Virus record (IMG/VR): IMGVR_UViG_3300034777_000432
Source of the DNA: an uncultured virus (IMG/VR IMGVR_UViG_3300034777_000432)
Lineage: Duplodnaviria; Heunggongvirae; Uroviricota; Caudoviricetes
Length of the DNA stretch: 20,000 bases
Strand: one strand, 5' to 3'
Shown here: positions 1 to 7,352 of the stretch, in pieces
How positions within the stretch are numbered: position 1 is the stretch's first letter
Layout: each line of letters starts with the position of its first letter
Notes under the pieces: model-generated
Database searches by the model: none
The model's input: the letters and a program-made list of their open reading frames with translations, nothing else
What the model was told of the DNA's origin: nothing
Position numbers and translations under genes: made by a program

Positions 1-2
1 AA

Positions 3-71
3 TTCTTAAATGTACTTGATGAAGTTAAATCGGGTGGAGATAATATTGGCAGTGGAGGGTTGGTAAGATAA
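3..71 (+). CDS. 3' end of an upstream gene (partial); by position possibly a baseplate hub/gp5-region protein
   Basis: Frame 3 is open from the window start (FLNVLDEVKSGGDNIGSGGLVR*). Its TAA (69-71) overlaps the ATG of the next ORF (TAATG coupling). Identity is guessed from synteny only. Confidence 0.55.
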   Translation, partial: FLNVLDEVKSGGDNIGSGGLVR

Positions 72-1684
72 TGGCTTGCGAATGTAAACCAGGAAAAGGT
101 CTTTGTAGAAGTTGTTTAAATAAACAAGCAAAACCATATATCGGTAATCCAGTTAATGGCAGAGGAGAGTTTACTACTGCTCAAATAGAAACATTCAGAA
201 AACAGTTTGAAGGTACTATTGAAGGAGATACTAACGGAAATTCTTTAAGTAGTATGGTTAAAACTTACGGTAGTACAACATTTTATGAAGCCGTAGATAA
301 AATAAATGCTGACTTCTTTAAAAGACAATCAACACTTGATGCTTTAGCAGCTAATAACGGAAATGATTATGAAGTTCTTAATTTTAGAATTGCAAAAGGT
401 CCGCTTACTGCTTTAGAAGTTGCATCATTCTTTGAAAGTTCTAATTATACTCCTGCAACAGCAATTGAATCTTCAAATGCAAATGGTCCAAGATTCTTAT
501 CTGAACTTGACGGTTATTATAACGGTGATTTTAGTACAAGTATTCTTGGTGGATTCTGTTCATTGTTTAATAATATCTTTGCAGCAATTAATGGATTCTT
601 TGATTTACTTGATACTATTGATGGTGTATTACAGGATGTATTTGCACTTATTGAAAAGATTAAAAATATCGAAGATCCTATTAAAGCATTGTTTGAGAAG
701 ATTAAAGTTAAAGCATTAATTGAATCAATTAAAAAGAAAATTAAAGAGATGATCGAAAAGACTATTCAAAAAGTCTGTAGATCTATATCTAACTTTAATG
801 TTGAAGCAATTACTGGTCCAATTACAAGTCCTGTTCAAGCAAAAATAGTTGCAGATACTGAAGAAAAGAAAACAGCATTACAAACAGTATGTGGACCAGA
901 AGAAGCAAAGAGAATAACAGACAAAATTGAAAACTTAATTAATTACGCAGTAGGGTTATTTGAAAATCCATCAATAGAAGAAATTATGTTTTTAATATCT
1001 CGCCTTTGTGGACTTGCAACGGGTATTGAAGGACTGCTTAATGGTTTAAAAGATCCACTTAATGATTTTGCTAATAGATATGACGAAGTATTTAATACAT
1101 TATCAAACGCATCTAATAGGATTACTGGTGAAGCAATACGTGGCGGAGCTGCAAGATTATCCGAAGAGGCAAGACGAGAACAAATAAATAAAGCAAGAGA
1201 CGCATTTACTTTAGCAGGCAATTTTAGACCAATTTCTGCATTTGAATATAGAGACTTACCTGATTTCGACGCTCTTGTATTTGGTGATGATTCAAGATTA
1301 GAAGTAGATGGCGATTGGGTGTTTGATATGAAACCAGCTGCAGAAGGCTGGACTATGCTTAATATAGATTTAAGGGTTATGCTTTTACGATTGCACAAGA
1401 GAGCTACAAAAGAAAATGTAATTAATGGCAAGTTGATTTTAAAAGAAGGATTTACAAGCGTTCAATATAATCAAGAAATAGGTGGAGATAAATCAACAGC
1501 TTATACACATGGTAATGCAGTTCTTTTAACTTGGAAAGGATTTGATCCTAAACGATTAGGAGAGTTTGAGCTTTTAGCAAGAAAAGAAGGATTTAGAGGA
1601 ATAGGATTACATGATAAAGCCATACATTTGGATGTAGGCAGATCAAAATTCTGGGACAAACGTTCAGAAGATAACAGGAGCTAA
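71..1684 (+). CDS. Baseplate-hub-region protein: N-terminal Cys cluster, long helical middle, C-terminal peptidase M15 (Hedgehog/DD-peptidase fold)-like domain, probably degenerate
   Basis: The C-terminus EGFTSVQYNQEIGGDKSTAYTHGNAVLL...GFRGIGLHDKAIHLDVG follows the M15_3 pattern (SGYRS..YN..VGG..S.H..G.A.D...GIG.Y..FIHVD). Lies directly upstream of gp25. Confidence 0.65.
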   Translation: MACECKPGKGLCRSCLNKQAKPYIGNPVNGRGEFTTAQIETFRKQFEGTIEGDTNGNSLSSMVKTYGSTTFYEAVDKINADFFKRQSTLDALAANNGNDYEVLNFRIAKGPLTALEVASFFESSNYTPATAIESSNANGPRFLSELDGYYNGDFSTSILGGFCSLFNNIFAAINGFFDLLDTIDGVLQDVFALIEKIKNIEDPIKALFEKIKVKALIESIKKKIKEMIEKTIQKVCRSISNFNVEAITGPITSPVQAKIVADTEEKKTALQTVCGPEEAKRITDKIENLINYAVGLFENPSIEEIMFLISRLCGLATGIEGLLNGLKDPLNDFANRYDEVFNTLSNASNRITGEAIRGGAARLSEEARREQINKARDAFTLAGNFRPISAFEYRDLPDFDALVFGDDSRLEVDGDWVFDMKPAAEGWTMLNIDLRVMLLRLHKRATKENVINGKLILKEGFTSVQYNQEIGGDKSTAYTHGNAVLLTWKGFDPKRLGEFELLARKEGFRGIGLHDKAIHLDVGRSKFWDKRSEDNRS

Positions 1685-1686
1685 TT

Positions 1687-2103
1687 ATGGTAGCCAACGT
1701 ATTTACGGCTAAAACTAAAAAAATTAATTTATATCAAGATTTTAAGAAGAATCTTGAGATTAGTCCTGTATCCTCAGATATAACAGTTTGGAAAGATGAA
1801 GATTCTGTTAAAGAATCTATTAAAAATCTTATACTTACAGACCGTGGCGAAAGATTAATGCAGCCAAATATTGGTGGCGATATTAATGCTTTATTATTCG
1901 AAAATATTACACCAGCAGTTCTAATATTAATTCAAAACCAAGTAAGGAACACGATTGAATTATATGAGCCAAGAGCAGAACTTATTGATGTAACAGCAAC
2001 TTCCAATATAGACGATAATACAGTCCGAGTCAAGATTGTATTTTATATAACAAACGTACAGCAGCCGATTAAGCTAGATGTATTCTTAGAGAGGACACGA
2101 TAA
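1687..2103 (+). CDS. gp25: Baseplate wedge subunit gp25 (GPW/gp25 family)
   Basis: SVKESIKNLILTDRGERLMQPNIGGDI...LFE...IELYEPRAEL is the gp25 signature; 138 aa; AGGAG RBS at 1676-1680; precedes gp6. Confidence 0.95.
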   Translation: MVANVFTAKTKKINLYQDFKKNLEISPVSSDITVWKDEDSVKESIKNLILTDRGERLMQPNIGGDINALLFENITPAVLILIQNQVRNTIELYEPRAELIDVTATSNIDDNTVRVKIVFYITNVQQPIKLDVFLERTR

Positions 2104-3900
2104 ATGGCTAAATTAAATATTTCAGAGTTGGATTTTGAATCAATCAAAGCCCAATTTAAAAACTATCTGAAAGGCCAGACGCAGTTCAAGGATTATAACT
2201 TTGAAGGTTCGAACATGTCAGTGTTCTTGGATGTCTTGGCTTATAACACATACCAAAATAACTTCTATACAAATATGGCAGTTAATGAAATGTTCTTAGA
2301 TTCAGCAGTGTTAAAAAACTCAGTGATGTCTCATGCAAAAGAACTTAATTATCTACCAAGATCACGACGATCAGCCAGAGCATTAGTTACAGTTACTATT
2401 GTTGATACAACTATTGTGGGTCAAACAGTTACAATTCCTGCATATTCTGATTTCACTACTTCATTCCAAGGACAACAATTTAACTTTGTAAACGATAAAA
2501 CATATGTTGCTCGTAAAACTGACGTTGGAACATTTGTTGCGGAAAATGTAGAAATCTTTGAAGGTGAAATGTTATCATCATTTGAAAGAGAAGGTTATTT
2601 TATTGGTGATGACGGTATTCTACGAGTTATTCTTACAAACGAAAACGCAGATACAGATTCAATCGAAGTATTCGTAGATGCTGAAGCAACAGAAGATGCA
2701 AATAAGTTTATTCGTAAAGATGACTTATTTGGTGTAGGACCAACAGATAAAGTATTCTATGTAGAACCATATTACGATGGTCGTTATACAGTTTACTTTG
2801 GTAATAACGTATTTGGTTTACAGCCCGAAGCATTCGAAGATATTCGAGTAAGATATCGTATTACATCAGGCACCGAAGCAAATGGAGCAGAAGCGTTTAA
2901 TCTTGGCTCAGTAAGTCCTACCGCAACTATTGAGTGTCTTACTAAAGATATAGCTCAGGGTGGAGCAGACCGAGAAACATTAGAAAACATTCGTTACTTT
3001 GCTCCTAAGTCTTTACAAATTCAAGAAAGAGCAATTACAACTAATGATTATGAAATCCTCTTAAAACAAAACTTTCCAGAAATTGATGCAGTAGCAGCTT
3101 ATGGTGGTGAAACATTAGAACCACCTCAGTTTGGTAAGGTTGCAATATCTGTTTATCTAGGAGAAGGTCGTGAAGGATTAAGTCAAGTGTTAGCTGCAGC
3201 ATATATTAAATTCTTAAAAGAAAAGAGTCCTCTTGGAATTGAACCAATCTTTATTGCATCAGAATTTATTTACGCATGTGTTGAAGCAAACGTTTCATTC
3301 AATACTAAAGTTACTAAGAAATCAGCTGGTGAGATTGAAGCAAATATTAGAAATACAGTTCAAACTTATAACACAACTTACTTAGATGACTTTGATACAA
3401 CTTTAAGATTATCTAAACTATCTTCAAACATTGATGCTACTGACGAATCAATATTGAGTAACGAAATTAATGTTTGTCCTTACGTTGTTTATTCACCAGC
3501 ACTTAATATTGCATCCTCACCATCATTTAAATTCTATACAAAACTTGTTAAGCCATATCCGTTTAAAGATTCTAATGGATTCAAAGATTATAAACCAGCG
3601 GTCGTAAGTGGTGCATTCTCATTTAATGGTGTTGAATCATATTTCCAAGACGATGGTATCGGTAATATTCAAATTGTAACTTCAGATGTAGCTAACCCAC
3701 AGATCGTTAAGCCAATCGCCGGCAAAGTAAATTACGAAACGGGCGAAATCAATTTGGTTGACTTTAAAGTTGATGGTTATAAAGGATCAGGAATTAAAGT
3801 TATGGCAACTACTGCGGCTGACGATATTAAATCTCCTGCAGGAAGAATCTTTATTGTACTCGACGATGACGTAACAATCAATATGGTAGAGGTTAGATAA
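2104..3900 (+). CDS. gp6: Baseplate wedge subunit gp6
   Basis: N-terminus LDFESIKAQFKNYLKGQTQFKDYNFEGSNMSVFLDVLAYNTY...NEMFLDSA; also GGADRETLENIRYFAP...QERAITTNDY. Both match T4-like gp6. Confidence 0.95.
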   Translation: MAKLNISELDFESIKAQFKNYLKGQTQFKDYNFEGSNMSVFLDVLAYNTYQNNFYTNMAVNEMFLDSAVLKNSVMSHAKELNYLPRSRRSARALVTVTIVDTTIVGQTVTIPAYSDFTTSFQGQQFNFVNDKTYVARKTDVGTFVAENVEIFEGEMLSSFEREGYFIGDDGILRVILTNENADTDSIEVFVDAEATEDANKFIRKDDLFGVGPTDKVFYVEPYYDGRYTVYFGNNVFGLQPEAFEDIRVRYRITSGTEANGAEAFNLGSVSPTATIECLTKDIAQGGADRETLENIRYFAPKSLQIQERAITTNDYEILLKQNFPEIDAVAAYGGETLEPPQFGKVAISVYLGEGREGLSQVLAAAYIKFLKEKSPLGIEPIFIASEFIYACVEANVSFNTKVTKKSAGEIEANIRNTVQTYNTTYLDDFDTTLRLSKLSSNIDATDESILSNEINVCPYVVYSPALNIASSPSFKFYTKLVKPYPFKDSNGFKDYKPAVVSGAFSFNGVESYFQDDGIGNIQIVTSDVANPQIVKPIAGKVNYETGEINLVDFKVDGYKGSGIKVMATTAADDIKSPAGRIFIVLDDDVTINMVEVR

Positions 3901-3901
3901 G

Positions 3902-6235
3902 ATGGCTGATAATACCGTTACACTAGTCGAAAAGAATATCGCGTTTAAAATCGCGCAACAGTTCCCTGCTTATTATAGAGAGTATGGGTCTGAGCTAGTT
4001 GCAATGGTAGAACACTATTATAAGTTCGTAGAAACCCAGCCTAATATGGGTGTTTATAACTCACGTAGGTTATTTGAATATAGAGATGTTGGTACGACTC
4101 TTTCTGAAATGTTAATTTTCTTTAAGAAGAAATATATGGCAGATATGCCGCCAATTGAAGATGATAAAACAGTAAAATTTGTTATACGTAATATTTTAGA
4201 TTTATATCGTCGAAAAGGTACAGAAGCAGGTTTAATATTATTCTTTAGAATGTTCTATAAAGAAGACATTCAAGTAATGTATCCTGCAAAGTATATGTTA
4301 AAAGCATCTGATTCTATTTGGAAAACCGGTACTTACTTACAAATCCTTCCAAATAATAATAGTTTTGTATCGAGATTAGGATCAAGATATGAATATAACG
4401 ATTTATTAAGTAGAAACATTTATGGATCTATTTCTAAAGCAAAAGCTATCGTAGATAAAATTAACTTTGTTTATTTAAATGGTACATTAACACCTATCAT
4501 TTATATTACAGGAACAAAAGGAACATTCGTTAAGTTCGATGATATTATGTGTAGAATCGGAAGCGAAGATGTTGCCTTTGGTAAATTAAATGGTTCAGCA
4601 AATGAAATTGCAATCGATTTAGATTATGGTGGAACCACAGGTAATAACGTTGGTGATATTTTTAATATTAAATCAGAATACGGTAAAGGCGGTACTGCGA
4701 TTGTAACTGAATTGCAAACTGAATTTACTGGTACAGTTGATTATACTATTAAAGACGGTGGATTCGGTTATACAATTGACAATACAAAATTATTAGTATC
4801 AGATTTAGTTGTTGTTTTACCAAACGAAGATTTTAGATTCCGAGAACTCGAAGTATTAAGAGATAATCAAGGTAATGAAGGTACAGTTATAGGCCAAAAC
4901 TCTATTGCAGTTGGCGTTAAAATGGAACCTGGCGATACATTTGCAATTGGCAGACCAATTTCTACAATAAATCGCGAAGACGAAAACGGAAATCCTGATA
5001 ACTTTACAATTACTGCATATGATCCTGAAGATGGAACCGGAGATATATTCGGTGTATCGGCAGTAAATAACTCTTCACCTGGTGCTTTATATGCAAACAC
5101 AGGAGTTATAACTGACGTTAAAGTAGAAGAGTTAGAAAACATTGAAAGTGTTTCTTTAATTACAGATATTGTTGGAAACTTTACTGCAGTACCAATTAAC
5201 TCATCTGATTATAATGCAGTTCCACCGGCATTAATTCCAATGTCAGGTACCGCTTCTCCAGTAACTCTTTCAACACCTTTAAATCAAGCATTCGATTTAA
5301 CACCATTTGATATTGGTACTATTAAATCTTTTGAAAATATAAATCCTGGTTCAGAATATGTTAATGATACATTTAGTATTGCAATAGATGAACAAATGGC
5401 AGCGTTTGAAAGATACGATCAAATTATTATTGTTGATAATTTCTCTGCCTCATTCTCAGTTGGCGATACAATTACCCAAGCATTAACGAGTACTACTGCT
5501 GTTATTAATAAAGTTGATAATGATGCTGGTATTTTATATGTTACACCATATAGTTATTATGGATTAAGAACAGCGGCAGCCAATGCAGAGTTTGTTCATA
5601 AAGGTAATGAATACGATATATTAGCAGTTAATAGAGATTATGGTTCTGAAAAGTTTGGATTAAATGCCGATATTGAAAACAGAACATTATTCTCTGAAGG
5701 AAGAATTAAAGCAGCAGAAATAAGAAACTCTGGCTTTGGTTATATTGATGGAGAAACTGTATTTTTAACTAATGATCTCGATGAAATTCAAGCAAGTGGA
5801 ATATTAAGTGCAAGGACACAAGGTATTACAGCTGGATTCTGGGGAAGCAAAAGCTCTCATATCAATGGTTATTTTACTGATCCAATCGATAAAGTATTTA
5901 AATACTATGATTCAGATATGAAGGTTCAAGATAGTGATTACTATCAAGAATATTCTTATGTAATTAAATCAACGGTAGATCAAAAGAAATATGATAAGGT
6001 TGTAAAAGATACAATGCACCTTGCAGGATCTAAACTATTTGGTAGATTTTCATACGAACAAACAACAGGTCCTAAGGTCTCATCTCGATTCCAAATAATA
6101 CGTAAAGATGATTATGTTAAAGGTGGAGATCCTATTGTTGGTCCTAATCAAGATACGGGCGACCAAACAGTTAGGGCAGACAATTTTGTATATACAGTAG
6201 ACGATACACTTACGTTTACTGTCGATAACGGTTAA
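3902..6235 (+). CDS. gp7: Baseplate wedge protein, gp7-like (cyanophage/phiM12 type)
   Basis: Follows gp6. IAQQFPAYYREYG..LVAMVEHYY, LDLYRRKGTEAGL..FFRMFY and C-terminal VQDSDYYQEYSYVIKS...MHLAGSKLFG are typical of T4-like wedge proteins; several (I)xxGxGY repeats. GAGGT RBS upstream. Confidence 0.75.
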   Translation: MADNTVTLVEKNIAFKIAQQFPAYYREYGSELVAMVEHYYKFVETQPNMGVYNSRRLFEYRDVGTTLSEMLIFFKKKYMADMPPIEDDKTVKFVIRNILDLYRRKGTEAGLILFFRMFYKEDIQVMYPAKYMLKASDSIWKTGTYLQILPNNNSFVSRLGSRYEYNDLLSRNIYGSISKAKAIVDKINFVYLNGTLTPIIYITGTKGTFVKFDDIMCRIGSEDVAFGKLNGSANEIAIDLDYGGTTGNNVGDIFNIKSEYGKGGTAIVTELQTEFTGTVDYTIKDGGFGYTIDNTKLLVSDLVVVLPNEDFRFRELEVLRDNQGNEGTVIGQNSIAVGVKMEPGDTFAIGRPISTINREDENGNPDNFTITAYDPEDGTGDIFGVSAVNNSSPGALYANTGVITDVKVEELENIESVSLITDIVGNFTAVPINSSDYNAVPPALIPMSGTASPVTLSTPLNQAFDLTPFDIGTIKSFENINPGSEYVNDTFSIAIDEQMAAFERYDQIIIVDNFSASFSVGDTITQALTSTTAVINKVDNDAGILYVTPYSYYGLRTAAANAEFVHKGNEYDILAVNRDYGSEKFGLNADIENRTLFSEGRIKAAEIRNSGFGYIDGETVFLTNDLDEIQASGILSARTQGITAGFWGSKSSHINGYFTDPIDKVFKYYDSDMKVQDSDYYQEYSYVIKSTVDQKKYDKVVKDTMHLAGSKLFGRFSYEQTTGPKVSSRFQIIRKDDYVKGGDPIVGPNQDTGDQTVRADNFVYTVDDTLTFTVDNG

Positions 6236-6242
6236 ATAAATA
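6235..6242 (+). promoter_or_regulatory. Putative T4-type late promoter (AATAAATA, one mismatch from TATAAATA)
   Basis: In the 43-bp gap after gp7, upstream of the AGGAG RBS (6269-6273) of the 6279 ORF. Confidence 0.5.
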
Positions 6243-6278
6243 AGCTATTAAAGCTATATAAAACTTATAGGAGTACAC

Positions 6279-7349
6279 ATGGCTAAATTAATAATTAACA
6301 TAGGCGAGGAAGCCAATGACGGAACGGGTGATCCAATTCGTTCAGCCATGTCGAAAACCAATGCTAACTTTACTGAACTGTATGACAATATTGGAGATTT
6401 AACATTACTAGATCTCGATATTGAAGACGGTGAAGATGGGCAGGTGCTTACGGCAAACGGCGACGGTACTTTCTCTTTTGCTGCTGGTGGTTCTGGCGGC
6501 GGTTCAGCATATGTAGATGCTGACGTTGACGTACATTTAAATACATCTACTGCAAGTTCAGGTCAAATTTTATCCTGGGATGGTAGTGATTATGATTGGA
6601 TTGCTGCAGCAAGTGGCGGTGGATCATATGCAAATGCTGATGTAGACGCTCATTTAAATAATTCATCTACTCCATCAGGAAAAATTCTAAGTTGGAATGG
6701 ATCTGATTATGCGTGGGTAGATCAAGCAGGTTCAGGCGCTTCATATTCAGATTCTGACGCAATTGCAGCGGTAGTTGGCGCAGATTTAGATATGGGTGGC
6801 AATAAAGTATTATTTGGTAACGTATATTCTGCAGAAGGCGATTTACCAAGTGCTTCAACATATCACGGTATGTTTGCACACGTACATGGAACAGGCGCAG
6901 CATATTTTGCTCACTCAGGTTCTTGGGTAAGATTAGCAAATCAATCAGAAGTTGGTGGCGGAGGTGGTTTACCATCTCGTTCAGATAAGTCAGCCGCAAC
7001 AGCTTCTATTGCAAACGGAGTATCAACAGATATTGATATTACAGGATTTAAAGGATACGGATTATATACAATCACAACATCAGCTGCAGCTTGGGTAACA
7101 ATTTATGCTACCAACACAGCACGTAGTGCAGATAATTCAAGATTAGAAACTACAGATCCTGCTCCAGATTCAGGTATTATTGCAGAAGTAATTACAACCG
7201 GAGCTCAAACAGTAATGATCTCTCCTGGTGTAATTGGTTATAATTTAGAATCAACACCAACAACAAACATACCTGTTAAAGTAAGAAATAAAAGCGGTGG
7301 CACAACGGCTATTACAGTAACACTTAATGTTCTTCAGTTAGAGGCTTAA
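6279..7349 (+). CDS. Virion fibre/adaptor protein with a gp9/gp10-type N-terminal baseplate-anchor domain, internal repeats and a C-terminal beta domain
   Basis: MAKLIINIGEEANDGTGDPIRSAMSKTNANFTELY matches the T4 gp9/gp10 N-terminal motif (INIG...DDGTGD.LR....KIN.NF.ELY); Gly-rich linkers; 39-aa tandem repeats; strong RBS. Confidence 0.75.
   Translation: MAKLIINIGEEANDGTGDPIRSAMSKTNANFTELYDNIGDLTLLDLDIEDGEDGQVLTANGDGTFSFAAGGSGGGSAYVDADVDVHLNTSTASSGQILSWDGSDYDWIAAASGGGSYANADVDAHLNNSSTPSGKILSWNGSDYAWVDQAGSGASYSDSDAIAAVVGADLDMGGNKVLFGNVYSAEGDLPSASTYHGMFAHVHGTGAAYFAHSGSWVRLANQSEVGGGGGLPSRSDKSAATASIANGVSTDIDITGFKGYGLYTITTSAAAWVTIYATNTARSADNSRLETTDPAPDSGIIAEVITTGAQTVMISPGVIGYNLESTPTTNIPVKVRNKSGGTTAITVTLNVLQLEA
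6510..6760 (+). repeat. Intragenic tandem repeat, 117 bp / 39 aa period (two full copies plus a partial third)
   Basis: YVDADVDVHLNTSTASSGQILSWDGSDYDWIAAASGGGS (from 6510), YANADVDAHLNNSSTPSGKILSWNGSDYAWVDQAGSGAS (from 6627), YSDSDA (from 6744). Confidence 0.85.
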
Positions 7350-7352
7350 TAA

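Noticed and set aside
420..719. Alternate-frame 99-aa plus-strand ORF
   Set aside because: Nested in the 537-aa gene, non-ATG start, Leu-rich off-frame composition, no evident RBS.
943..1431. Minus-strand ORFs (943-1431, 4867-5142, 6667-6999, 8105-8305, 8422-8604, 11798-11998, 12854-13105, 13196-13510, 16697-16942, 16813-17184, 17099-17287, 17351-17587, 18215-18406, 19619-19849)
   Set aside because: All lie antisense to well-supported plus-strand genes and show no recognisable motifs; they are consistent with shadow ORFs.
6510..6760. 117-bp repeats as a CRISPR array or DGR template/variable repeat pair
   Set aside because: They are degenerate in-frame coding repeats with no spacers. Differences are not confined to adenines, and no reverse transcriptase or cas gene is in the window.
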